Below, in pieces: positions 35,572 to 43,890 of a stretch of DNA of 43,890 nt. The notes under the pieces are model-generated. The model had not been told where the DNA came from and did not search any database. It saw only the letters and a list, made by a program, of their open reading frames with translations. A program made the position numbers and the translations under genes. Within the stretch, counting starts at the first letter, position 1. Every line of letters begins with the position of its first letter. Location of the stretch: IMG/VR virus record IMGVR_UViG_2821013286_000001, positions 64,001 to 107,890 of that record; one strand, 5' to 3'. This DNA comes from a virus (taxonomy: Duplodnaviria; Heunggongvirae; Uroviricota; Caudoviricetes).

Positions 35572-36193
35572 CCGTAATCCTCTCGAAAGCGAAGCGCAGA
35601 TCAAGCGCTTCGCATGGAAGGTTCTGCGTCGGTTTCGCGGCGCAGGTCACGCCTCACTCACGCATGACGATCTCGTGCAGGAGCTTTGGGTTGCGTGGGT
35701 TAAGGCAAATCAGAGCTTCGACGGTCAGTATGGCGTGCCGTTTGCGGCGTATCTCCATCGCGTGATGCAAAATCATATCAATGACTTTGCCTCCAAGGAG
35801 ATCACACAGCGGCACAGCGAGGTAATTGCTGTTTCGCTCGACAAGCCAATGAGCGAGGACGGCGGTTCCATCGGTGAAATCATTCCTGACACTCAAGATG
35901 GTCAGGATGTCGAATTAGAACAGCGCAATAGCCTTGAGGCCGTTCTCAAGGCGCTGTCAGGTCCGGCGCAGGCATTTGTCTCGATGATGATTGATCCACC
36001 TGAAGAGGTTCAGATGGAACTGCGAATGATCGAGGCGCGCAATAGCTATGCATCTTCCCGAAAGATCGCTGGCGCGCTTCCAACGATGCTTTCCGAGCGA
36101 ATTGTTTTCGATCTGCTTTGTATCGAGAGCCGCGCGCAACGTGAAGGCATTCTCCACGAAATTGAATGTACGATAGGAGCAATCCACCAATGA
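35543..36193 (+). CDS. Phage sigma70-like factor
   Basis: Region-2-like 'HDDLVQELWVAWVKANQSFDGQYGVPFAAYLHRVMQNHI' and region-3.2-like 'VSLDKPMSEDGGSIGEIIPD'; C-terminal region 4 not clearly recognisable. Confidence 0.65.
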   Translation: MTLHSASLPSRNPLESEAQIKRFAWKVLRRFRGAGHASLTHDDLVQELWVAWVKANQSFDGQYGVPFAAYLHRVMQNHINDFASKEITQRHSEVIAVSLDKPMSEDGGSIGEIIPDTQDGQDVELEQRNSLEAVLKALSGPAQAFVSMMIDPPEEVQMELRMIEARNSYASSRKIAGALPTMLSERIVFDLLCIESRAQREGILHEIECTIGAIHQ

Positions 36194-36657
36194 CACCGAA
36201 TTTCGTTCCAGGCTGTTACGGTTCTGCGCTGGCTTATCGCTCGAAGGATCTTGTCTGCCGGCAATGTCCGCTTTCCGAGCGCTGCGGTTTGTTGAGCGAA
36301 CAGAACAAGGCAGCCTTGCGAGCGAAATATGGTGTCAAAGCCAAGCCTGTTTCCCCAACTGATCAGAAGGTTGCCAAGGTTGTCGGTGCGCTACGGAAGC
36401 TGAACCTGAATATTCGCTCGAAGCTGGTTAAATATGAAAATCCGTTCGCGACTACCCAACCTGCTCTCTTCTTCATGACGGAAATCATGATCGAGCTGCA
36501 CAAGCTCAAGAAGCCTGCAACCGAGAAGTGGCTTGCAGCTGCTGTCAGTCAGAAGATGCAGTCCGATCAAAAGGGTGCAATCCACATTCTTTGCAAGGCG
36601 TTTGAAGAGCTTGGTTTGCTCGCCAGGTCCGAAAACTCTATTTACCTGGAGATATAG
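36190..36657 (+). CDS. Hypothetical protein with Cys cluster
   Basis: 'PGCYG...CRQCPLSERC'; ATGA-coupled to the sigma-like gene. Confidence 0.6.
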   Translation: MTPNFVPGCYGSALAYRSKDLVCRQCPLSERCGLLSEQNKAALRAKYGVKAKPVSPTDQKVAKVVGALRKLNLNIRSKLVKYENPFATTQPALFFMTEIMIELHKLKKPATEKWLAAAVSQKMQSDQKGAIHILCKAFEELGLLARSENSIYLEI

Positions 36658-36670
36658 ATAAATGTTTACA
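36657..36670. promoter_or_regulatory. Operator-like motif GATAAATGTTTACA overlapping ATG 36662
   Basis: Exact core TAAATGTTTA. Confidence 0.6.
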
Positions 36671-36886
36671 TATAGCTTTTATGCCGTCGCGAAGACACCG
36701 ACCGAGAATGGGTACGTCGATAGTTCGCTAACCGCCAAGCTGAAACATACGCCACCCACCTACGCCGACCTTCAGGCATGGCAGGACTACACGAAGAAGT
36801 ACATCGAGGAACAGGGCAGCAAAGTGACTGGAACACCCATCATCACTTTCTTCGCACGAATTGCAGAAGCACAGAGGACCGATTGA
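36662..36886 (+). CDS. Small hypothetical protein
   Basis: 74 aa, GGAG RBS, fills the gap before dnaE. Confidence 0.55.
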   Translation: MFTYSFYAVAKTPTENGYVDSSLTAKLKHTPPTYADLQAWQDYTKKYIEEQGSKVTGTPIITFFARIAEAQRTD

Positions 36887-36887
36887 T

Positions 36888-39800
36888 ATGGAAACCATAC
36901 TTGCGGCACGTTCCGAATTCTCGCTTGGCGAAGCAATTCTCGATACTGGCTACATCATCGATCAGGCAAAAGCGCTGAACATGACCTGTGCGGCTTTGAC
37001 TGACACGATGACGATCTCCGGCATGGTCGATTTTACGAATAAAGCGGTCAAGGAAGAGATCAAGCCAATTATCGGTGTTCGGTTGCGTTTGACCGAGGAA
37101 CCGCTCTGGCGACCCGCTTCTGGTCAAAAGAAGAAGCATATGCCGCGCACCTACTTCCTGAGCGCTTATGCGCGCACAGAAGAAGGCATGAAGCTGCTTT
37201 ATCGTGTGCTGACGGCGGCAAACAGTGAGCCAAGGTTCTATTACGAAGCCAAATACGGCATCGACGAGTTTATCACGGACCTCACCAACTGCAACAACGG
37301 CGACTTGGCGATTGTTTACGACACCATGAACTCGCTGCTGGAGCATCCAAAGCTTGCAGACATCGCTGAACGCATCAAAGCCAGTGGCTGTGAAGCGATC
37401 TATGCGCCATTTGCAGCGGTTGCGACCCCTTACTTTGCGCGCATCACCGAAAAGGCGATGGATCTTGTTGAGAAAGGTTTCGCAGAACCGCTCGCAGTCC
37501 GCGCATCCCTCTACGCGACTGGCGAAGCAGACGCAAAAGACGCGATGCTTGGCGTTGTTGGCAATCAAAAGATCTCCAGCGGCATGTTCAAACTGCCGCA
37601 TCAGAGAAATATGCACGTCATGTCGGAAGCGGAGTTCGCGCGCGAGCTGCTGGAAACAGCAAAGCTTTTGAAGGCGTCCGGTCGCGCAACGCTGACCGCA
37701 CACATGAAGACGGCTATCGCCAATACGGACGTATTTCCGACACTGATCACCTATCAGTGGGAGCAGAAGGCCCCTTCCCTTCCAAAGCTGGCGCCAAACG
37801 AGTTCGCGGCGGTCGCAGCCGAATGCAAGAAAGGCTGGACCGAGCGCTTCTCAACGGACGTTTTTGGTCACAAGCCTGGTCCGGATGAATTGCGCGATGT
37901 CTATATGCCGCGCCTGAAGTATGAGCTGGATACGCTCAAGCGTCTGGACTTTTGCGGCTACTTCTTGCTCGTGCAGAATATCGTTCAACACGCAAAGTCC
38001 AGCGGCATCATGGTTGGCCCAGGTCGCGGTTCTGTTGGCGGCAGCCTGGTTGCTTATCTGATGGGCATCACCGATTGCGATCCTATTCGCTTCGGACTGA
38101 TGTTTGAGCGCTTCATCAATCCTGAGCGTATCGATCTTCCCGACGCCGATCTTGATTTCATGGCAACGCGGCGTCACGAGATTTTCGAATATCTCTATAA
38201 GCGATTTGGCGACGATTATGTTGCTGGCGTGTCGAACTATGGCGCGCTTCTCAGTCCGTCTGCGATCCGATCCGTTGCGAAGCTGTTCCAGCTGCCAGAA
38301 CGTGAGTTCGAAGTCTCGAAAATGGTGCCCAAGAAGCACGGCCAGCCAGTGTCGCTTGAGGAAGCTACCGAGGAAGTCCCGGAAATCAAAACCTACGCCG
38401 ATGCAAATCCCGTCGTCTGGGGCTTTACCAAGACTTTGGAAGGCAAGATGCGCAGTTATGGTCAGCACGCCGCAGGCATGATCGTCGCTGGCGAACCGTT
38501 GATCAATCGCGCCGTGCTCGAAAAGCGCACGAACGGCCAGGTTGTGAATTGGGACAAGCGTATCGTTGAAAGCCAAGGTCTGGTGAAGATGGATATTCTT
38601 GGTCTCTCCACGCTCGATCTGATTTCGCTCACGCTCAACTATATCCGCGAAAATTACCCGTCAGTGCCTGATATTTATTCAATTCCGCTAGATGACGAGA
38701 AGGTTTTGGCGAATTTCGCAGAAGGCAACACGGTTGGCGTGTTCCAGTTCGAAAGTCCTGGCATGCGAAATCTGCTGCGCAATTGCGCCAAGGGCGGCAC
38801 GATCACCTTTGAAGATATCACAGCCGCGACCGCCCTTTATCGTCCTGGTCCGATGGACTCCGGCATGATGGACAACTTTGTAAAGCGTAAGCAAGGAGCG
38901 GAAAGCGTTTCATACGATCATCCTCTTATGGAGCCAATCCTGAATGAGACGCTTGGCGTTATCATCTATCAGGAACAGGTTATGCGCATTTCACAGGTGA
39001 TCTGCGGCTATTCCGGTGCTGACGCCGACAAGCTTCGCAAGATCATGGGTAAGAAAGAACCTGCTGAAATGGCCAAGCAGAAGGAAAAATTCGTTCAAGG
39101 TGCGATTGATACGGTTGGCGCTGCTGAAAAGTGGGCTGACCAGCTATTCGATAATATTGCGAAGTTCGCCGGTTACGGCTTCAACAAAAGCCACTCGATC
39201 GAATATACGCTGATCTCCTATCAGTCGATGTACCTGAAGACATACTATCCGACCGAGTTCTATGCAGCGGCGCTGTCAATTCTCGATGAAGACAAGCTTA
39301 TTGGCATCGTGCGTGACGCTTCGCGTGCCGGGATCGATGTCGTCGTGCCGGATATCAATGAATCCACAAACCGCTTCGAGATCCTGAATGCGCGTAAGCT
39401 CCTTATGCCATTCAATCGCATCAAGGGTATTTCTGAAAAGACAGGCGACGCAATTCTGACGGCGAGAGCTGCTGGCAAATTCACGTCGATCACAGACTTC
39501 CTCGATCGTGTTGAGAAAAGGCGCTGTAACGCAAAGCATCAGGATCTATTGAACAAGGTCGGCGCTTATTGCTCCATCGATCCCGCTTCTATTCCTGTCA
39601 ATGATCCGAGCCGCATTCTCGATCAATATGAACTGCTGCCGGGATTGGTAACAAAGGCTGTGCCTATCAACCGGTCCTTCAGCAATGACAAGGCGACGCG
39701 CGAGATCGTTACGGACGTAGTGAATAACTATCACGCTGCGCATGGCGCGACTTCTGCCAACCCAGACGGCCTGCCAGTCAAGCCGATCTTTGGCAAACAT

Positions 39801-40250
39801 GCAGCTTTCATGATCGTCACTGATGCACCGCATTCGGAGGATGAAAAGGCAGGTCAGCTTGGCAATGCCAAAAGCTCGTCCGCCCTTTGGGATGCTCTCG
39901 ACATTAATGGGTTGAAGAAGAACGACATCTATTGGACTTCCGTCGTGAAGCGTCCAAAGACTGGCAAGTTCCTCAACCCCGAAGAAGTTGCGCTCTATTC
40001 GCCGTATCTCGATCAGGAAATCGAATATACCGGCACTCCTGTTGTTGTCGCTTGCGGATCTGCCGCAATCCGTCACTTCGATCCGGAATTCAAAGGTCGC
40101 GCATCCGAGCGAGCCGGTGAAATTTTCTATGACAAGAAACGCGACTTGAACGTCGTGATTGGCTTCAATCCAGGTGAGATTTATTTCGATCCTGACAAAC
40201 TCGATCTACTGGTGAATACAATCACCGTGGCACTGGATCTCGTCGGTTAG
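36888..40250 (+). CDS. dnaE: DNA polymerase III alpha subunit (C-family) with C-terminal UDG-like domain
   Basis: 'GPGRGSVGGSLVAYLMGITD', 'FERFINPERIDLPDADLDF', 'KMDILGL', 'VFQFES', 'FAGYGFNKSHS'; start ATG 36888 after GAGG. Confidence 0.96.
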   Translation: METILAARSEFSLGEAILDTGYIIDQAKALNMTCAALTDTMTISGMVDFTNKAVKEEIKPIIGVRLRLTEEPLWRPASGQKKKHMPRTYFLSAYARTEEGMKLLYRVLTAANSEPRFYYEAKYGIDEFITDLTNCNNGDLAIVYDTMNSLLEHPKLADIAERIKASGCEAIYAPFAAVATPYFARITEKAMDLVEKGFAEPLAVRASLYATGEADAKDAMLGVVGNQKISSGMFKLPHQRNMHVMSEAEFARELLETAKLLKASGRATLTAHMKTAIANTDVFPTLITYQWEQKAPSLPKLAPNEFAAVAAECKKGWTERFSTDVFGHKPGPDELRDVYMPRLKYELDTLKRLDFCGYFLLVQNIVQHAKSSGIMVGPGRGSVGGSLVAYLMGITDCDPIRFGLMFERFINPERIDLPDADLDFMATRRHEIFEYLYKRFGDDYVAGVSNYGALLSPSAIRSVAKLFQLPEREFEVSKMVPKKHGQPVSLEEATEEVPEIKTYADANPVVWGFTKTLEGKMRSYGQHAAGMIVAGEPLINRAVLEKRTNGQVVNWDKRIVESQGLVKMDILGLSTLDLISLTLNYIRENYPSVPDIYSIPLDDEKVLANFAEGNTVGVFQFESPGMRNLLRNCAKGGTITFEDITAATALYRPGPMDSGMMDNFVKRKQGAESVSYDHPLMEPILNETLGVIIYQEQVMRISQVICGYSGADADKLRKIMGKKEPAEMAKQKEKFVQGAIDTVGAAEKWADQLFDNIAKFAGYGFNKSHSIEYTLISYQSMYLKTYYPTEFYAAALSILDEDKLIGIVRDASRAGIDVVVPDINESTNRFEILNARKLLMPFNRIKGISEKTGDAILTARAAGKFTSITDFLDRVEKRRCNAKHQDLLNKVGAYCSIDPASIPVNDPSRILDQYELLPGLVTKAVPINRSFSNDKATREIVTDVVNNYHAAHGATSANPDGLPVKPIFGKHAAFMIVTDAPHSEDEKAGQLGNAKSSSALWDALDINGLKKNDIYWTSVVKRPKTGKFLNPEEVALYSPYLDQEIEYTGTPVVVACGSAAIRHFDPEFKGRASERAGEIFYDKKRDLNVVIGFNPGEIYFDPDKLDLLVNTITVALDLVG

Positions 40251-40316
40251 AAACTATTCTAACCCTCTGACCGACGCGATATTTTAATCAAGAGCTACTT
40301 TTCAAAGGTTTAAATA

Positions 40317-40835
40317 ATGTCCAACACTACTTCAACTCTTAATATCACAGTTTTGGACTTCATCGACGCAAAACAATTAAAGGAGGATCTAGCCTTTTCA
40401 ACGAATGATCTTACGTCTGCCATGATGGCGCAGTCGAGCATGTTCGCACATTATGGCGAACTCGCAGCGGATGCTTCTTATCAGGTAGACAAGCTCGAAA
40501 TGGCACTGAAGACAACGGAGTCAGCTGTCTACAAGGCTATTCGGGATGATTACGTCAAAAAGGGCGATAAGGTAACAGAAGGACAACTCACCAATCTCGT
40601 CGCCTCTCATGATCACGTTAAGGCGATCAAGCTGGCACTGAACAAAGCGGTTCGCGTGGAAAACATCTGCAAGAATGCAGTGGAAGCCTTCCGGCAACGG
40701 CGCGACATGCTCATCCAGTGTGGCTCGACCATGCGTGAAGAAATGAAGGGCGAGGTCTACATTCGCGGTAGGCAGAACGCGGAAGAGAGCGTTCAAAATC
40801 TGGAGAAAACCCTATTGAGCAATATGAATCGATAG
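40317..40835 (+). CDS. UvsY-like recombination mediator (tentative)
   Basis: All-helical 172 aa; 'NAVEAFRQRRDMLIQ' resembles the UvsY C-terminal helix; lies upstream of gp32-like SSB and RecA. Confidence 0.5.
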   Translation: MSNTTSTLNITVLDFIDAKQLKEDLAFSTNDLTSAMMAQSSMFAHYGELAADASYQVDKLEMALKTTESAVYKAIRDDYVKKGDKVTEGQLTNLVASHDHVKAIKLALNKAVRVENICKNAVEAFRQRRDMLIQCGSTMREEMKGEVYIRGRQNAEESVQNLEKTLLSNMNR

Positions 40836-40867
40836 GCGAAATCCACTTGCTTTTAACCCCGAATATC

Positions 40868-40881
40868 AATAAACATTTATA
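40868..40881. promoter_or_regulatory. Operator-like motif AATAAACATTTATA
   Basis: Exact core; TTGCTT at 40847 has the same 21-nt offset as at 34215. Confidence 0.7.
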
Positions 40882-41047
40882 TACATGTCGAGCGGTTTTA
40901 GAACCGTTCCTGCTCTAACCCACTCTCAAGCTCGGTATGTATATTTCAGAACATAGATATCTAGGAACCTAAGTTTCTATGTTCAAAGAAGCATTACGCA
41001 ACAGGCATTTAGCCAATCGCAAAGAGCATTAAGCAAAGGAAAATATT

Positions 41048-42004
41048 ATGAGCGCATTGTTGGCACTTATCTCGAAGGCAAAGCAGAAATACTCGTCCGC
41101 AGACGACGCTTTGCGACCCAAGGATGGCAAGAACACCTATCGTATTCTTGCACCCACGAAGGAACAGGCTGAGTGGGTCGGTCCCGATGGTGAGTTCTGG
41201 CAGGACGTTGGCGTGCACTGGATCAAGGCTGATCTGAACGGCAAGCCGCTTGCAGTTGTCGGTGACGCTTCGGTTTGCTTCGGCCAACTTAATCCCCTCG
41301 ACGCAATCATCGAAAAGGCTGTTAGCCAGTCGATCGGTGAAGAAGACAAGAAGCTTGCTGAAAGCTGGCGCTCGCAGAAGCGTATCCTTCTGAACGTTCT
41401 CGACCGTTCGGACAAGAACGCTGAAAATCCGCAGGTTCTCGAAGTGACGCGCACGACTTGGGCGAGCATTCTCGAACAGGCTCAGACGTTCGCGCAGGCC
41501 GGCTTCAACATCTTCGATCAGGCGATGGGTCTCGATATCAATATCGTCAAGACCGGCAAGAACCTGAATACGAAGTACGATGTGTCCATCACGCCGCTCA
41601 TGCCTGGTCAGTCGCCTGTACCGGTGTCGGATGAAGTTATGTCGAAGTGCGTGGATCTGCCGAATTGGGTCCGCAACAAATACTTCAAGGGTGAAGAAGA
41701 CAAGGCAGCAGCTCTGATCGCTCAGACTGCCGGTATTGCTCTTCCTGGCGGCGCACCTGCTGTCACAGCTCGCACTCCGACCGCAGCACTGACTTCCGGC
41801 GCAGCTGTCGCTGAAGGAGCACAGGTTGCGGCAATGACCGCTGCTCCGGCAGCTGTTGCAGCCGCAGCTCCTGCCGCAACGGCAGCAGCAGTTGAAGAAG
41901 CCGTTGTCGTTGAGGCTGCAACCGCAGGCACCGCGACTGTCGCAACGGAAGATCCAGACCAGGCTCTGGCCGAGCTGGATGCTCTGCTTAACGGCCAACT
42001 CTAA
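41048..42004 (+). CDS. T4 gp32-like single-stranded DNA-binding protein
   Basis: 'GKNTYRIL', 'GVHWIK', 'GLDINIVKTGKNLNTKYDVS'; Ala-rich linker and acidic amphipathic tail 'EDPDQALAELDALLNGQL'. Confidence 0.7.
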   Translation: MSALLALISKAKQKYSSADDALRPKDGKNTYRILAPTKEQAEWVGPDGEFWQDVGVHWIKADLNGKPLAVVGDASVCFGQLNPLDAIIEKAVSQSIGEEDKKLAESWRSQKRILLNVLDRSDKNAENPQVLEVTRTTWASILEQAQTFAQAGFNIFDQAMGLDINIVKTGKNLNTKYDVSITPLMPGQSPVPVSDEVMSKCVDLPNWVRNKYFKGEEDKAAALIAQTAGIALPGGAPAVTARTPTAALTSGAAVAEGAQVAAMTAAPAAVAAAAPAATAAAVEEAVVVEAATAGTATVATEDPDQALAELDALLNGQL

Positions 42005-42049
42005 GAACAGTCGGGAGCGTCGCGAATGGCGCTCCCACTTGGAGGCTCT

Positions 42050-43003
42050 ATGTCAAAGCGGATCATGCTGATCGACGGCAACAACATCGGTCATCAAGCC
42101 AACAACATGCCAAAGCTGGCAGTCGGCAATCAAGAAACCCAGGCGATTTACGGCTATCTCAAAATCCTTCGCTCGCTCGTTCAGAAGTTTCCCAATACCA
42201 GCATGGTCGTCCTTTGGGACGGCATCGGTTGGCGCAAATCGATCTTTAACGAGTACAAGGAAAACCGTAAGCGCGCGGAGACGAAGAACGACCTGAAAAT
42301 TCAAGAACGAAAGAGAGCTTACGCAACGCAGCGTCCTTTTATCCAGCAGGCAACCAAGCACCTCGGCATTACCCAGATGGTAGCAACCAATATGGAAGCC
42401 GACGACCTGGCTGCAATTCTGACGAACCGGTACAAGGCGCAAGACACAAGCATTCTTCTCGTAACTGGCGATCAGGACTGGCTTCAGCTTGTCGATCGGA
42501 ACGTCATGTGGCGCGACCAGATTAACAATCAGTCCGTCACGCCTTCAAACTTCGAAGAAAAGACAGGCGTCAAAACCGTCCGTCAGTTCGTTGAAAAGAA
42601 GGCACTCACTGGAGACACCGGCGACAACGTTCCACCAACCGGTGGCATCGGCGAGAAATATGCGAATGAGTTTTTCGCGTCTTACGGATCATTTCGCGAA
42701 TTTGCGCAGATGGTGACGCTGGAGAAGTCCATCGATCCCGCTTCGCTACCGAAACGCTATCGCGACCTGATCGACAATGAGGACAAGATTTTCAAATTCA
42801 TGCGCAATTTGAAACTTGTAGATCTCAATACGTCCGCGCGACCGAAGCCGGAAGGTCTTCTGAATATAGCCGCGCCAATATCGATTGAAGGGTTTCAGGC
42901 GTTTTGTGAGGAGTTTCTGTTCAACACGATCCTCAAAGACATTCACGCCTGGCTCGCACCATTTCCCACTTATCAGCGCTCACTCATGAGCGCGGCAGCT
43001 TGA
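42050..43003 (+). CDS. 5'-3' exonuclease / flap endonuclease (T4 RNase H, T5 D15-like)
   Basis: 'LIDGNN', 'VLWDG', 'EYKENR', 'EADD', 'TGDQDW.QL', 'GDTGDNVPPTGGIGEKYA'; ATG 42050 after GGAGG. Confidence 0.9.
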   Translation: MSKRIMLIDGNNIGHQANNMPKLAVGNQETQAIYGYLKILRSLVQKFPNTSMVVLWDGIGWRKSIFNEYKENRKRAETKNDLKIQERKRAYATQRPFIQQATKHLGITQMVATNMEADDLAAILTNRYKAQDTSILLVTGDQDWLQLVDRNVMWRDQINNQSVTPSNFEEKTGVKTVRQFVEKKALTGDTGDNVPPTGGIGEKYANEFFASYGSFREFAQMVTLEKSIDPASLPKRYRDLIDNEDKIFKFMRNLKLVDLNTSARPKPEGLLNIAAPISIEGFQAFCEEFLFNTILKDIHAWLAPFPTYQRSLMSAAA

Positions 43004-43014
43004 GAGATTTTATT

Positions 43015-43890
43015 ATGTCTTCACCCGATGAAATTGCAAAAGCCCTCGCAGGTGTTATTGGCGAGAATGACCCAGAAAGCACCGTCACGCAGTATCTCGA
43101 TACTGGATATGTCGAACTGAATAACGTGCTTTCGGCTCGTTTTGACGGCGGCTTCCCAGTCGGCCGTATCGTTGAAATGGCCGGCCCACCGTCTGCCGGT
43201 AAAACCGCGCTTGCAACGCGTGCAATGGCGGCGGCACAGAAGATGGGCGGCATTGCCGCCTTCAAAGACCACGAACGCTCGTTCTCGCTCCAGTTGGCGC
43301 CAAATCTCGGCCTCGATACCAGTGCCGGTCGGTTCATTTTCAAGAAGCCGGTGACGTTCGAACAGTCCATCGACAATACGCACAAGATCCTTGATACGAT
43401 CCGCTCCAAGAAGCTGATCGATATCACTGCTCCGATCTGCATTGTCTTTGATAGTCTCGCATCAATGGTGCCGCAGTCAGTTCTGATCGACGCCAAGGGC
43501 AAGGAGCGTGACGCTTCGAGCCGCAACATGAACGACAATACAGCTCTGGCTCGTGCGACTTCGGCTCATATGCCGACGCTGGCGATGATCGCGGAAGAAT
43601 ACAATGCGAGCCTTATCTTCCTGAACCAAGTGCGCACCAAGATCGGCGTCATGTATGGTGATCCGCGTACGACGCCAGGCGGCGATGCTCCGAAGTTCTA
43701 TGCTTCAACTCGCATCATGCTTGGCGCTAAACAGATCAAGGACAAGACAGGCATCGTTCTCGGTCAGGAAGTCACGGCGAACATTATCAAAAATAAGGTG
43801 TCGCGACCGTTCGGCTCGGCTCAGTGGCGCTTCATGTATAATGCGGACGGCACCGGTCGTTTCGATTTTGAGCGCTCCACTGTCGATTAT
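43015..43890 (+). CDS. recA: RecA/UvsX-like recombinase (3'-truncated by window edge)
   Basis: My translation gives 'GGFPVGRIVEMAGPPSAGKT', 'VFDSLASM', 'FLNQVRTKIGVMYGDPRTTPGGDAPKFYASTRI', 'KNKVSRPF'; absent from the ORF track because it runs off the window. Confidence 0.95.
   Translation, partial: MSSPDEIAKALAGVIGENDPESTVTQYLDTGYVELNNVLSARFDGGFPVGRIVEMAGPPSAGKTALATRAMAAAQKMGGIAAFKDHERSFSLQLAPNLGLDTSAGRFIFKKPVTFEQSIDNTHKILDTIRSKKLIDITAPICIVFDSLASMVPQSVLIDAKGKERDASSRNMNDNTALARATSAHMPTLAMIAEEYNASLIFLNQVRTKIGVMYGDPRTTPGGDAPKFYASTRIMLGAKQIKDKTGIVLGQEVTANIIKNKVSRPFGSAQWRFMYNADGTGRFDFERSTVDY

Noticed and set aside
839-40881. Recurrent motif as a host CtrA or LexA site
   Set aside because: Does not match TTAA-N7-TTAA (CtrA) or GTTC-N7-GTTC (alphaproteobacterial LexA)
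34279-41998. Long minus-strand ORFs 34279..35229, 36843..37703, 37851..38576 and 41009..41998
   Set aside because: Each mirrors a well-supported plus-strand gene (cobS, dnaE, SSB) and shows no domain signature
1-43890. tRNA/rRNA genes, IS elements, integrase, anti-phage defence genes
   Set aside because: No cloverleaf, transposase, recombinase or recognisable defence motifs seen by eye; a tRNAscan or HMM run would be needed to exclude them fully

Overview
A 43.9-kb internal segment of a large temperate tailed phage. The repABC-type RepC, its ctRNA promoter and the GANTC sites point to an alphaproteobacterial, probably rhizobial, host. From left to right it carries a lambda-like non-contractile tail module (gp10-like, terminator, tube, G/GT chaperones, tape measure, M/L/K/I/J), a lysis cassette (amidase, holin-like genes, overlapping spanins) and a side tail fibre. 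Next comes a self-contained replication/recombination kit (PhoH, DnaB-like helicase, primase, ATP ligase, CobT/CobS-like vWA+AAA pair, sigma-like protein, DnaE, UvsY-like, gp32-like SSB, 5'-3' exonuclease, RecA). This content resembles the SSU5/pHCM2-type phage-plasmids, judged from memory of gene content and not from a search. The only substantial minus-strand unit is a small RHH gene followed by a repABC-family repC with no adjacent repA/repB, plus an antisense ctRNA promoter and terminator in its leader, so the element is probably a RepC-driven phage-plasmid. A 14-bp AT-rich palindrome (core TAAAYRTTTA) occurs 13 times exactly and 3 times with one mismatch, mostly just upstream of operon starts, suggesting a genome-wide operator network. 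Other notable points are a lambda-type GGGAAAG -1 frameshift, RBS-occluding hairpins that overlap promoter-like hexamers, and a degenerate family-4 UDG-like domain fused to DnaE. All functional calls come from motif recognition by eye; no database search was run.
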